Positions 21,077 to 31,528 of a DNA stretch of 64,000 nt are shown here, piece by piece. The stretch covers positions 3,360,001 to 3,424,000 of the forward strand of contig CBDHHL010000032.1 in assembly GCA_965263355.1 (NCBI GenBank), written 5' to 3'. Origin of the DNA: Leptolyngbyaceae cyanobacterium (lineage in GTDB: Bacteria > Cyanobacteriota > Cyanobacteriia > Phormidesmidales > Phormidesmidaceae). Within the stretch, counting starts at the first letter, position 1. The number at the start of each line of letters is the position of its first letter. The notes under the pieces are model-generated. The model was given only the letters and a program-made list of their open reading frames with translations. It did no database searches and was not told the origin of the DNA. The position numbers and the translations under genes are program-made.

Positions 21077-21418
21077 ATGAGCCTGAACACTAAGCTGCCC
21101 ACTACTGATATGCAAGTCACTAGCATCCGTTTTGAACGGGAGTTGATTGACAAACTCAAAACCCTGGCAGGCAGTCGTGGCTATCAATCACTGGTACGGG
21201 AGGTACTTTGGGATTATGTTCGTCAACATTCGGACGATCCTGGGTTCCAGATACAGCGACAGCAAATTCGAGCAATTATGGCTGCCGAAGCACAACGTCG
21301 TGAACGCTGTGCCTTAACGGGCGTCACCATTGAACCCGAAGAGGAAATGTGGATGGCGTTTACAACAGACCATGAGCTAGTGCCATTAAGTGTCGATAGT
21401 TTGGAAGACGACGACTAG
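21077..21418 (+). CDS. Ribbon-helix-helix (CopG/BrnA-like) DNA-binding protein
   Basis: 'VTSIRFERELIDKLKTLAGSRGYQSLVREVL'; start set at ATG 21077. Confidence 0.65.
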   Translation: MSLNTKLPTTDMQVTSIRFERELIDKLKTLAGSRGYQSLVREVLWDYVRQHSDDPGFQIQRQQIRAIMAAEAQRRERCALTGVTIEPEEEMWMAFTTDHELVPLSVDSLEDDD

Positions 21419-21565
21419 GGTAAGGTCTGGCATCCATAGCTTGTACATTAAGCCGCTTTGGACAAGATAGCCTTAGACAGATTTAAGATGGGGAAAAATG
21501 CGACGTTGAAGCAGACAACTTTCCCCCTGTTTGATAGTCTGGCGGCTAGACATTCCAGATAGCTT

Positions 21566-22033
21566 ATGCCTGCTAATCCATGTCCTTGTGGCAGCAACCG
21601 TTCCTACGCGAGTTGCTGTAAACCTTATTTGACGGCGGCTGATGTAGCTCTTACTGCAGAAGCGCTAATGCGATCGCGGTACTCAGCTTATTGCATAGGC
21701 AATGTGGATTACCTCATTGCCACTCGTCATCCATCAAAACGAAAGTTTGATGAGCGTATTAACCTGAAAAAAAGTATCGAAACCACTGCCTGGGAATCGT
21801 TGACCATTATCAGTACATGGCGAGGACACAAAAACGATACAGCTGGTTCTGTAGAATTTGTGGCCGTTTACAGTCAACCAGAATGGGGGCAACTTCACGA
21901 ACGTTCCAGATTCATCAAAGATAATAACCACTGGTTTTACGTTGATGGCAAGATACTGGCACCGATACTACCCAAACGTAATCAGCCTTGCTGGTGTGGT
22001 AGCGGCAAAAAGTTTAAGCACTGCCACGGTTAA
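21566..22033 (+). CDS. YchJ-family SEC-C motif protein
   Basis: 'CPCGS', '[10 protein letters not shown]', 'LHERSRF', C-terminal '[13 protein letters not shown]'. Confidence 0.93.
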   Translation: MPANPCPCGSNRSYASCCKPYLTAADVALTAEALMRSRYSAYCIGNVDYLIATRHPSKRKFDERINLKKSIETTAWESLTIISTWRGHKNDTAGSVEFVAVYSQPEWGQLHERSRFIKDNNHWFYVDGKILAPILPKRNQPCWCGSGKKFKHCHG

Positions 22034-22152
22034 GCTTCTACTACAAAATGCGTAGCCAATTTACGCACTGGCCCTCACTCAAGGCTAAATTATTTGCGCT
22101 ACGTTAATGTCAGTAAAGGATATCGGCTAATTTATCGGTATACAACAAGGAG

Positions 22153-22911
22153 TTGACCATGGGCTGGATGATCAAGCCTCAAACTATGCATTACAATACT
22201 CTATCTTTATCTATTGCCCTAATGATGGGTAAAGCTAGTTTACTTGCCCTTGGTATTACATTGGGACCGATCCTGGGCTCTAATCTTGTCCTGGCGAACA
22301 ATGGTGAAGAGGCTCTTGAAGCTGTTGACTCCCGCTTTACCTGTGAGATTCAGGATGGTGAGTATACAGTAATGTATCGTCCTAAGAGCGACCCAGGCCA
22401 AGCCTATCCTTGGGCAGTGCCTACAGAAATGGGAGGCGGATGGACCCCTGAACGGCGTTGCGAGACCATCAGTGCCCGCTTAGAAGAGTATCGCCCCGAT
22501 GGTCTTGTAGAACTACGTACTGATATTGAAAACGGCTACAATACTGTTTGTGCAACTACTGAAGAGAATTTAGATGCCTGTCAAATCGTATTTACGGTTC
22601 CCCCTGGACAAGATCCGGTAGCCACTCGTGATGCTGTCTTTTCCAATATTACCTTAGCCGATGCAGGGACAGAGACTAACGCAGTCAATACGTTTATTGG
22701 TGGTAGAAGATTACCAGAAACTGATTTGTCAGGAACCGGGGTTTTCAATGATGAGATTTTTGGTGCTGTCAGTGAAATTTTAGGCAGTCGTTCTGCTCGC
22801 CGCCGCTCTGATGGCATATACCTAAAGCCTTACTTAGATCCTTCAGATGGTGGAACAGGTATATACCTCAATCAATCTAGTCAACCCTTAAACCCTGACA
22901 ATTTTCGTTAA
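22153..22911 (+). CDS. COP23 (circadian oscillating protein) domain protein
   Basis: 'RFTC', 'GGWTPERRCETISARL', 'NGYNTVCA'; start uncertain. Confidence 0.8.
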   Translation: MTMGWMIKPQTMHYNTLSLSIALMMGKASLLALGITLGPILGSNLVLANNGEEALEAVDSRFTCEIQDGEYTVMYRPKSDPGQAYPWAVPTEMGGGWTPERRCETISARLEEYRPDGLVELRTDIENGYNTVCATTEENLDACQIVFTVPPGQDPVATRDAVFSNITLADAGTETNAVNTFIGGRRLPETDLSGTGVFNDEIFGAVSEILGSRSARRRSDGIYLKPYLDPSDGGTGIYLNQSSQPLNPDNFR

Positions 22912-22940
22912 GGGCAGCTAGTATTACGTCAAGATTTAAT

Positions 22941-23013
22941 TAGACTCTGTCCACGTCCAGAACTAAAGTTTTTCCGTGTAAAAACCTACAAGTTTCAGCT
23001 TGGACGTGGCTTA
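22941..23013 (+). repeat. ~73-bp dispersed palindromic element, copy 3
   Basis: tagactctgtccacgtccagaactaaagtttttccgtgtaaaaacctacaagtttcagcttggacgtggctta between convergent genes. Confidence 0.9.
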
Positions 23014-23039
23014 GAGTTTTAATTTTTCGTGCAACCTCC

Positions 23040-24032
23040 TTAGGTGAGTGGCAATAGCTGATCAGACCAAAGCCCCTTAGTTTCTAACCATTCACGACTA
23101 AAGATCTTGGACTGATAGCGGGAGCCACTGTCACACAAGACTGTAACAATCGTGTGACCAGGGCCAATTTGCTTTGCAAGGGCTGCAGCTGCTCCCACAT
23201 TAATACCGACAGAACCGCCCATATAGAGACCGTCTTTGTAGAGAAGCTGATATACCACTCGCAAAGCTTCAAGATCATCGATGCGAATAGCATCATCAGC
23301 AGGAGCACCCGCCATATTACCGGTAACGCGACCGTTACCGATACCTTCAGTAATGGAGTTGCCTTCGGACTTGATTTCCCCCGTTTTGACATAGCTGTAT
23401 AGGCCACTGCCCATGGGATCGGCAACGACACATTTAATATCGGGATTCTTCTCCTTCAGAAACATAGCTGTGCCAGCATAGGTGCCACCGGTACCAGTTG
23501 CTGCAATCCAAGCATTGATTGTGCCATCGGTCTGCTGCCAAATTTCTGGACCAGTGGTTTCGTAGTGTGCTCGACGATTCGCTAGATTTTCAAACTGGTT
23601 AGCCCAAATGGCATTATCCATTTCGTCTGCCAGCCGACCAGATATTTTGACATAGTTGTTAGGATCTCGATAGGGTACAGCTGGTACTGTACGAACCTCT
23701 GCCCCTAATGTGCGCAGTAGATCAATTTTCTCTTTAGACTGGGTTTCCGGAATCACAATGACGCATTTATAGCCTTTAGCGTTACAAATATGCGTTAAGC
23801 CAATCCCCGTATTACCAGCTGTACCTTCAACAACGGTTCCACCAGGCCTAAGTAGTCCCTTTTTTTCAGCATCTTCGATGATAAAGAGGGCTGCCCGGTC
23901 TTTGACAGAGCCACCCGGATTAAGAAATTCAGCTTTACCTAGGATTTCACAGCCAGTTTCGTCCGAGAAGCTATTGAGACGAATCAGCGGGGTGTTGCCA
24001 ACAGTACCAACAAAACCTTGCTTGATATCCAT
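23040..24032 (-). CDS. cysK: Cysteine synthase (O-acetylserine thiol-lyase)
   Basis: 'NPGGSVKDR' PLP lysine, 'EGTAGNTG', 'GTGGT'; start set at ATG 24032. Confidence 0.88.
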   Translation of the reverse strand: MDIKQGFVGTVGNTPLIRLNSFSDETGCEILGKAEFLNPGGSVKDRAALFIIEDAEKKGLLRPGGTVVEGTAGNTGIGLTHICNAKGYKCVIVIPETQSKEKIDLLRTLGAEVRTVPAVPYRDPNNYVKISGRLADEMDNAIWANQFENLANRRAHYETTGPEIWQQTDGTINAWIAATGTGGTYAGTAMFLKEKNPDIKCVVADPMGSGLYSYVKTGEIKSEGNSITEGIGNGRVTGNMAGAPADDAIRIDDLEALRVVYQLLYKDGLYMGGSVGINVGAAAALAKQIGPGHTIVTVLCDSGSRYQSKIFSREWLETKGLWSDQLLPLT

Positions 24033-24333
24033 AAAAGCCTTCATGCCGTAAACATTGAGTAAGCAGTCTTTTTATCCTAATGGGGAATGGTGCATGGAGA
24101 ACGGTAGACCGGAATAAAAAGAAACGTAAAGGACAGGGTTTGCTACCCATAGGCCAGCCAACTGTGTATTAAGGCTTCCAGGCTTACATCGGCAAAGCAT
24201 GCAACGTTAGCGACGGCATACTCCCATCTCAGCCCACACCTTAAGTGTCCGTTATAAAAAACAACCATTTCAGATGTAAATAGCCTAGTTGGAATTCGGG
24301 CAATCTAAACCCGTGAACACTGTGTAGGATAAT

Positions 24334-25671
24334 TTGATGGTTCAAAGCGGAGCGACCTTTGAAACAGTAGCCAATAGTCATCAGCTATGGATTACACTGT
24401 TTAACCATTTAAATACCGCTGTTCATCTCAAAAGCCTCAACGGCCAATGGATTTATGCCAATGAGGCCAGCCATCGCCTATGGGGACACGGTCCCATTAG
24501 AGACCCTAAAACCAATCACCCCAAAACCGACCGGGAACTATTACCCTTAGCTCAAGTAGCAGACTTTGCCCAAGCAGACGCTAAGATTATCCATCACTCA
24601 AACTGCTACGAATTCACAACCCAGTACTCCAAAGAATCCAGAAGCATCGTTGTTCGCAAATCTCTTATCTCCTTGATCAAAGGCAGTCAGTTGATTTTGA
24701 CAGAATGCCAGGATGTCACAGATTGCTACAACCAACCAACAGTAATCAGTATCGATGCCCTGGAAGATGCCCTACAAGAGCTACAACAGACCCAACTACA
24801 GCTAGTACAGAATGAAAAGATGTCCAGTCTAGGACAGCTGATGGCTGGCGTTGCCCATGAAATCAATAATCCAGTCAATTTTATTTATGGCAATATTCGC
24901 CATGCCCAATCTTACACGGAAGAATTGATCGAACTAGTTGGAGCTTATCGGACTGCTTACACCCAGCCTATCGAACATGTGCAGACACTACTAGATGACA
25001 TGGACTTTGACTTTCTCTCTGCCGATCTGCCTAAGGTACTAACCTCGATGCAAGTAGGAGCCGAGCGCATTCGAGCCATTGTGTCATCATTACGCACATT
25101 CTCACACATGGACGAGGCAGACATGAAAACTGTTAATCTCCATGATGGTATTAACAGCACCTTGATGATTTTAGAGCATCGATTTAAAGCAAAAAACCAT
25201 CGTCCGGCCATTATGATTCAAAAACGCTATGGCAATTTACCAACGGTCGAATGTTATGCAGGCCAGCTCAATCAAGTCTTTATGAACCTTTTGGTCAATG
25301 CCATCGACGCACTTGAAGAGGCAATTGAAACAAATTCAGCAGTCGCTCCATTGCAAATCACAATTTCTACTCGGTTAGAACAACAACATGCTGTTGTTAC
25401 CATTCACAATGGTGGTCCTGGCATCCCAGATCAGATCCAGTCTCGGCTATTCGATCCGTTCTTTACCACTAAGCCTGTCGGTAAAGGTACTGGCATGGGA
25501 CTATCCATTAGTTACCAGATTATTAATGAACGACACCATGGCCAATTAATCTGTGAATCGAGCGACGACACGGGGACAACATTTACAATTTCGATTCCCG
25601 TCAAACAGGGGCTTAGTCCCGATTCACTCCTTAAAAAACAAAACAAGGATGCCCTTATAGGACACCCTTAA
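24334..25671 (+). CDS. Cytoplasmic PAS-like sensor histidine kinase
   Basis: 'GVAHEINNP' H-box, 'QVFMNLLVNA', 'FDPFFTTKPVGKGTGMGLS'. Confidence 0.92.
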   Translation: MMVQSGATFETVANSHQLWITLFNHLNTAVHLKSLNGQWIYANEASHRLWGHGPIRDPKTNHPKTDRELLPLAQVADFAQADAKIIHHSNCYEFTTQYSKESRSIVVRKSLISLIKGSQLILTECQDVTDCYNQPTVISIDALEDALQELQQTQLQLVQNEKMSSLGQLMAGVAHEINNPVNFIYGNIRHAQSYTEELIELVGAYRTAYTQPIEHVQTLLDDMDFDFLSADLPKVLTSMQVGAERIRAIVSSLRTFSHMDEADMKTVNLHDGINSTLMILEHRFKAKNHRPAIMIQKRYGNLPTVECYAGQLNQVFMNLLVNAIDALEEAIETNSAVAPLQITISTRLEQQHAVVTIHNGGPGIPDQIQSRLFDPFFTTKPVGKGTGMGLSISYQIINERHHGQLICESSDDTGTTFTISIPVKQGLSPDSLLKKQNKDALIGHP

Positions 25672-25716
25672 TGGTTCCAGTAAAGTGGAAATATATCGTT
25701 CAGATGGAGGCTTAGG

Positions 25717-26358
25717 CTATTTGTTAGGCTGAGGAGTCATACGCAAATAGGGCTTGACCTCCGTAACGCCCTTAGGAAACTGCTGCTTAGCATCTTCAGT
25801 GGAGATTGAAGGTACCACAACACAGTCACCGCCATCTTGCCAGTTAGCAGGAGTAGCTACCTTATGATAGTCAGTCAACTGCAGAGAGTCGATAACGCGC
25901 AAAATCTCATCAAAGTTACGACCAGTACTGGCGGGATACGTAATGGTAAGACGCAGCTTCTTATTGGGATCGATTACAAATACAGACCGTACAGTCAAGG
26001 TATTACCAGTACTGGAGTTAGGGTGAATCATCCCATACAACTCAGACACCTGCTTATCTTCGTCAGCCAAAATGGGGTAATCAACAGTGGTCCCTTGGGT
26101 TTCGTTAATATCACCAATCCAGCCATTGTGAGAATCAACACCATCAACACTTAGAGCAATGGTCTTGACATTGCGTTTGTCAAACTCAGCCCGATACTTA
26201 GCCACGGTACCCAACTCAGTAGTGCAAACGGGGGTGTAGTCAGCGGGATGTGAGAAAAGCACGATCCAGCTATCACCAGCCCACTCATAAAAGTTGATAT
26301 CTCCAGCTGAAGATTTCTGGGTAAAATCTGGGACCTGATCGCCTAGTTGAAGAGCCAT
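25717..26358 (-). CDS. 1-Cys peroxiredoxin (Prx6 family)
   Basis: 'FSHPADYTPVCTTE', 'YPASTGRNFDEILR'; start set at ATG 26358. Confidence 0.95.
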   Translation of the reverse strand: MALQLGDQVPDFTQKSSAGDINFYEWAGDSWIVLFSHPADYTPVCTTELGTVAKYRAEFDKRNVKTIALSVDGVDSHNGWIGDINETQGTTVDYPILADEDKQVSELYGMIHPNSSTGNTLTVRSVFVIDPNKKLRLTITYPASTGRNFDEILRVIDSLQLTDYHKVATPANWQDGGDCVVVPSISTEDAKQQFPKGVTEVKPYLRMTPQPNK

Positions 26359-26743
26359 AACCAAATTTCCTAATGTTTCCTTGAAATCAAATGCCTGCAG
26401 TGATGCCCTGACGATGGACAAACCTAGCAAAGCATATTACAAACCCCGGTATTCCGGTCGGAGTTTAGATGATTCCTAATCATCCTATCGTGAAAGAACT
26501 CAAATGGTATCAATTGCTGCAGTTGTCTACGCAAAATTCTGATTTTTTTACCTTGCCGGACCCAGCGGTAGCGCTTTAGATCTCGAAACACCAGGGTAAC
26601 AGCCCCATGGAGAGTCCCAACCGCGATAACCTGAGAATGTCAAGAATTGGTGTAAACTCACGTTCATAACTTTGGTCACTGTCCACTGCCCATTGCCCCC
26701 GATACCCATTAAGCTTAGGAACTGTAGCATCAAAGGAAAATCC

Positions 26744-27442
26744 ATGGCAGAGACAGCGAAACGAGTCCTGTTGGTAGATGATGAACCTGGCTTACGCGAG
26801 GCGGTTCAAGCCTATTTAGAAGATAGTGACTTTCAGGTGCGGACAGCTAGCAATGCCACCGAAGGCATGGAGTTATTGCAGAAGGAAACGCCAGATGTGC
26901 TGATTTCAGACATCATGATGCCTGAAGTGGATGGCTATACATTTTTGAAACAGGTGCGAGAAGACCCTCGCTACAAGTCACTACCAGTTATTTTTTTGAC
27001 GGCTCGTGGGATGACAAGCGATCGCATCCAAGGCTACAACGCCGGTTGTGATGCCTACCTTTCCAAACCCTTTGATCCAGAAGAGCTGGTAGCGATGGTC
27101 AGCAATCTAATTGAACGGCAGGCTGCACGTACTCCAGAAGCTGGAACCATACCCGATATTGCCGCCATGGCCCGGCAGATCGAAGAAATCAAGGCTTTAC
27201 TCACGCAACGAGGAACGATCCCCCAGAAAACTTCACCGATTCGCATTGATCTGACCCCCCGCGAGCAGGATGTGCTGAATCTGGTAGCCGAAGGCTTAAT
27301 GAATAAGGAAATTGCTAGCCGGTTGGGCACAACGGTACGCAATGTGGAGAAATATGTCAGTCGATTATTTGGCAAGACCGGCACCAATAGCCGGACAGAA
27401 TTAGTCAGATTTGCCCTAGAACATGGATTGGTAACCACTTAG
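26744..27442 (+). CDS. NarL/LuxR-family response regulator, Ycf29/Rre1-like
   Basis: REC domain 'LLVDDEPGLRE...DIMMP...KPF' plus LuxR HTH 'LTPREQDVL...RNVEKYVSRLFGKTGTNSRTELVR'. Confidence 0.9.
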   Translation: MAETAKRVLLVDDEPGLREAVQAYLEDSDFQVRTASNATEGMELLQKETPDVLISDIMMPEVDGYTFLKQVREDPRYKSLPVIFLTARGMTSDRIQGYNAGCDAYLSKPFDPEELVAMVSNLIERQAARTPEAGTIPDIAAMARQIEEIKALLTQRGTIPQKTSPIRIDLTPREQDVLNLVAEGLMNKEIASRLGTTVRNVEKYVSRLFGKTGTNSRTELVRFALEHGLVTT

Positions 27443-27861
27443 TCAAATAAGTCTAACGGAAACGGGCCATAGGTGCCATTCACAAGCTCATACTTGGGAT
27501 CGCTGGCATGGAATGAAACGAGTACGCCACGATTAGGGCCAACGTAATCGTCTAGGTACCAGGCTCCTTTGAGCGTATTAAATTTCAGGTATACTGCCCC
27601 TTCGCGCTTAGGTAATTCCAGGTTAATGGGGCGGCATAAACGCTTTACATAGGCCTCGGTCGCAGCTTTTCCGGCTGCCAGGGTATCTGTACAAATACCC
27701 AGGGTCTCGTAATCAGCTAGATCACTAAACCACAGCAAAGCATCAATTAAATGACGTTTTTGAGTTTTAGATAATTGAGGGGGCGTTGCCAAACAGCTAA
27801 ACTGTGCCAACTGCTGGCGAATTTTCTTGATATTGGCAGGTGACGGCGTAAGGTCTAGCAT
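27439..27861 (-). CDS. DUF1824-family protein
   Basis: 'LGICTD', 'VYLKFN', 'RGVLVS', 'YGPFPLDLF'. Confidence 0.8.
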   Translation of the reverse strand: MLDLTPSPANIKKIRQQLAQFSCLATPPQLSKTQKRHLIDALLWFSDLADYETLGICTDTLAAGKAATEAYVKRLCRPINLELPKREGAVYLKFNTLKGAWYLDDYVGPNRGVLVSFHASDPKYELVNGTYGPFPLDLFD

Positions 27862-28066
27862 AGCGTTTGCATACTATTGGGTTCGCTATGATTTTGTGCT
27901 GATCGAGGTCGCTATTAGGCGTGTGGATGGGCTCACTAAATCATGCTGCCCTTTATCTTAATCTCCATCCAGAGCAATCATTTGTTTTTAGAGCCAACTA
28001 CAGTTTGGCCCTTGGATAGAGTCTGAGACAAAAGTGCGGCGATCATTATGCCATTGAGCCAAGCCT

Positions 28067-28840
28067 ATGACACTTACCTGCGATCGCAGCCAAGAGCAGG
28101 GTGCTAATCGTTACAGCCTAAGGGTTAAGGATATGCCCACGGAGCAGCGACCCCGTGAACGATTAATGACCTATGGTGCTAAAAATCTAACCTCGGCTGA
28201 GCTGCTAGCCATTTTATTGGGTACAGGCGTCAGTCGTGGTCATAAGCTATCCGCAGTTAATCTAGGTCAGTATATTCTCAATGAATTGGCTCAAGAGGGT
28301 GTATCGGCCCTGGATGCGTTACGTAACGTAACACTTTCAGAACTCATGCAAATACCAGGGATTGGAGAAGCTAAGGCAGCGACTATCCTGGCAGCCCTAG
28401 AATTGGGTAAACGGGTGTTAAGAAATCGTCCTGCTGACCGTACCCTGGTAGACGATCCCGCCATTGCTGCTGAGGCCCTGAGCCAAGATTTAATGTGGCA
28501 ATCCCAGGAGAGATTTGCGATCGTATTGCTCGACGTCAAACATCGGCTACTAGGTACAAAAATTATTTCTCTTGGTACTGCTACAGAAACCCTAGCTCAC
28601 CCGAGAGAGATTTTCCGGGAAGTGATTAAACAAGGAGCTACGAGGGTAATTGTGGCCCATAATCATCCTTCTGGCATCCTTGATCCCAGCGATGCTGACT
28701 TAGACCTCACACGACAGCTTCTGGAAGGGGCCAATATCCTGGGAATTCCCCTTTTAGACCATCTAATTTTAGGCAACGGAGATTTTGTCAGCTTACGCCA
28801 GACAACTACTTTGTGGAATCACCAAGATGACCCAACATAA
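28067..28840 (+). CDS. radC: RadC-family JAB-domain protein
   Basis: 'RPRERL', 'HPREIF', 'AHNHPSG', 'LLDHLI'. Confidence 0.95.
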   Translation: MTLTCDRSQEQGANRYSLRVKDMPTEQRPRERLMTYGAKNLTSAELLAILLGTGVSRGHKLSAVNLGQYILNELAQEGVSALDALRNVTLSELMQIPGIGEAKAATILAALELGKRVLRNRPADRTLVDDPAIAAEALSQDLMWQSQERFAIVLLDVKHRLLGTKIISLGTATETLAHPREIFREVIKQGATRVIVAHNHPSGILDPSDADLDLTRQLLEGANILGIPLLDHLILGNGDFVSLRQTTTLWNHQDDPT

Positions 28841-28972
28841 ATCATCAAACCTGAAAAAATTACTCTAAATCTCTTAGAGAGAAGCAAGTAAGCAGAACTA
28901 AACAAATATTTATAAACAATTACCTAAGTGTGTCATGCAATACGTTGCTTCACATTCAGTGATAGATTTGAA

Positions 28973-29000
28973 TTTATCTGACACACTTTATCTGACACAC
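28973..29000 (+). repeat. 14-bp perfect tandem duplication in the long intergenic region upstream of the SulP gene
   Basis: tttatctgacacac x2. Confidence 0.85.
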
Positions 29001-29524
29001 ATAGGCGATCAGTCATAAGATTCAACCTAAGTAAGCAATGGACGCTAGCTTAACCTTTGGTACTGCTTTGCACCAACCTGTCTTAATAGACCTGACAACT
29101 GCACTGCTTAAGTCAGATTTCAAAATTGCCCATAGGATAGGGGGTTGAGGTGGGGATTTTTTAACTTTGATTGCAACTGCATTAATCACTGCTATTACTC
29201 CAATTTATTCTTTCTTCATTTTGCGGTTAGAGCCGAATCGCTACAATGCTGCAGCGACTGCTGCAGACAATGGTTCTATCAGTACGGTAACGTTTGTAAC
29301 GGTTAGCGCCGTTCTCTCTCAGGTAAATGTTGACGTTGGGAAACCCATAGTGACTGTCCTGGCAATGGCAGGAGCGCCAGCTATTATCCTAGGCCTTTTA
29401 TTAGTGAGTTTATTTTCTAACCAACATGCCGGGAAGAATGCACAAGACAAACTAACATCACCATCTCATCGCCATTCTTATTTACTTTTAGTTCTGTCAA
29501 AACGTTTGGGATTAGATATCGATC

Positions 29525-31216
29525 ATGACATTCTCTCCATCTGTCCTATTACCTAATTTCAAGTTCAATAACCTACGGGGAGACTTATTTGGTGGTGTCA
29601 CAGCAGCTATTGTTGCCTTACCTCTAGCTCTAGCATTTGGGGTTGCCTCTGGAGTAAGCCCCATTGCTGGACTGTATGGAGCTATGTTTGTTGGCTTTTT
29701 AGCAGCCTTGTTTGGGGGCACCCCGTCTCAAGTATCAGGGCCCACAGGCCCCATGACAGTCGTCATGGCATCTACCTTTGCCGCCCTGACGGCCAAGTAT
29801 CCAGAAACAGGACTGGCCATGGCCTTTACGGTAGTCATGCTGGGTGGGTTGTTCCAAATCCTCATGGGTGTCTTACGACTGGGTAAGTACATCACCCTGA
29901 TGCCCTACACCGTCATTTCTGGCTTTATGTCTGGCGTAGGGGTGATTATCATTCTGATTCAAGTTGGTCCTTTGCTCGGCCATGTGGGGAAAGGCGGCGT
30001 GGTTGAGTCGCTTCTTCTATACCCTACATTTTTTAGTGATATCAATTTTGTTGCTGCTGGCCTGGGCTTGCTGACTCTCCTCATCGTATTCGCAGCTCCG
30101 CCAAAGCTCAATCGCATTTTACCCGCACCTTTAATTGCCCTGGTTCTATGTACGTATATATCGGTTGTCTGGGTTAAATACTTTCCTCAGTTGGATGTTC
30201 CTCGGATTGGGGATATTCCCTCTGGCTTACCGAGTCCTCACCTACCCTACTTCAGCTGGGGTGCCCTCAAGGATATGCTGGGATACAGCCTGATTTTGGC
30301 AATGTTAGGGGCATTGGATTCACTGTTGACATCCTTAGTTGCCGATAGTATTACTCGTACTCAGCACAATTCCGACCGTGAATTGATTGGTCAAGGCATT
30401 GGGAATTTCATCGCTGGCTTGTTTGGTGGTTTACCAGGGGCCGGAGCCACTATGCGTACTGTGATAAATGTACAAACTGGTGGTAAGACCAATCTTTCTG
30501 GCATGATTCATGCACTGGTACTAGCGGTGATTGTACTCAAGGCCAGCTACCTAACAGAACCTATTCCCCATGCAGTCTTGGCAGGGATTTTAATTAAGGT
30601 CGGTATTGATATTATTGATTGGGGATTTTTGAAGCGCGCCCATCGTCTATCAACGAAGGGGGCCGGATTAATGTACTTGGTAGTGGCATTAACCGTCTTT
30701 GTAGATCTGATCACCGCCGTTGCCGTTGGAGTGTTTTTGGCTAATCTACTGACTATTCAGGCCATTACCGATATCCAAGTCAAAGATATGCGGGCTGTAA
30801 CCCATGGCGACGATGAAAACTGGCTAACTCCCGAAGAACGTTCCTTGCTCAAAGCCGCTAAGGGAAGAATTTTAATGTTCCACTTGAGTGGCCCAATGAG
30901 TTTTGGGGCAGCCAAGTCCATTTCTCGACGGATGGCGATTGTTGAAAATTATGAAATCCTGATTTTAGATCTGACAACTGTCCCCAGATTAGGAGTAACC
31001 GCCCTATTAGCTATTGAGACGATGATTAAAGATGCTCTGGCTAAGCGGCGAGAGGTATTTTTGGTCGGAGCCCAAGGCCAAGTAAAAATAAGACTCCAAA
31101 AGTTAGAAATTTTGCAAACGCTCCCTCCTAACCATCAGGTACCTGAACGCATCATTGCTCTGGAACGATCTATGGCTCTGATTCGCAGTCATGTCTCACC
31201 TGCAGAGGTGCAATGA
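29525..31216 (+). CDS. SulP/SLC26 anion transporter with STAS domain (BicA-like)
   Basis: 'GDLFGGVTAAIVALPLALAFG', 'SGPTGPMTVV', 'GAGATMRT', C-terminal STAS 'GPMSFG'. Confidence 0.92.
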   Translation: MTFSPSVLLPNFKFNNLRGDLFGGVTAAIVALPLALAFGVASGVSPIAGLYGAMFVGFLAALFGGTPSQVSGPTGPMTVVMASTFAALTAKYPETGLAMAFTVVMLGGLFQILMGVLRLGKYITLMPYTVISGFMSGVGVIIILIQVGPLLGHVGKGGVVESLLLYPTFFSDINFVAAGLGLLTLLIVFAAPPKLNRILPAPLIALVLCTYISVVWVKYFPQLDVPRIGDIPSGLPSPHLPYFSWGALKDMLGYSLILAMLGALDSLLTSLVADSITRTQHNSDRELIGQGIGNFIAGLFGGLPGAGATMRTVINVQTGGKTNLSGMIHALVLAVIVLKASYLTEPIPHAVLAGILIKVGIDIIDWGFLKRAHRLSTKGAGLMYLVVALTVFVDLITAVAVGVFLANLLTIQAITDIQVKDMRAVTHGDDENWLTPEERSLLKAAKGRILMFHLSGPMSFGAAKSISRRMAIVENYEILILDLTTVPRLGVTALLAIETMIKDALAKRREVFLVGAQGQVKIRLQKLEILQTLPPNHQVPERIIALERSMALIRSHVSPAEVQ

Positions 31217-31242
31217 GTCACGACACAACTCCAGTGGACTAC

Positions 31243-31315
31243 TAAACCATGTCCAAGCTGAAATCTGGAGTTTCCTGTACAGCAACACTACAGTTCTGGA
31301 CGTGGGCGAAGTTTA
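31243..31315 (-). repeat. ~73-bp dispersed palindromic element, copy 4
   Basis: Reverse complement taaacttcgcccacgtccagaactgtagtgttgctgtacaggaaactccagatttcagcttggacatggttta. Confidence 0.9.
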
Positions 31316-31528
31316 AATAAATTTGGCCATAACGTTGCGGCCAGTGTTAGGGATGGCACACTAGTCTATTCATCTCGTGCATGATTTTGATGCAGGTTAC
31401 TCATGCTCAGGCTCTGATCTCTACGCCAGAGTCGGAATTTTAGATAACTATAGATGTGTGTATCTATGTTTTCTAAGTCCTCAGGGTGAGCTTTTTTGTG
31501 GTGACTGTTGGTTAGAGAACCTGCGCTA

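Noticed and set aside
28067..28840. radC as a marker of a mobile element
   Set aside because: It is the full-length chromosomal type with the N-terminal HhH region, contains HIP1, and has no mobile genes adjacent.
29167..29556. 129-aa ORF upstream of the SulP gene
   Set aside because: TTG start, no recognisable motif, overlaps the SulP start; probably spurious.
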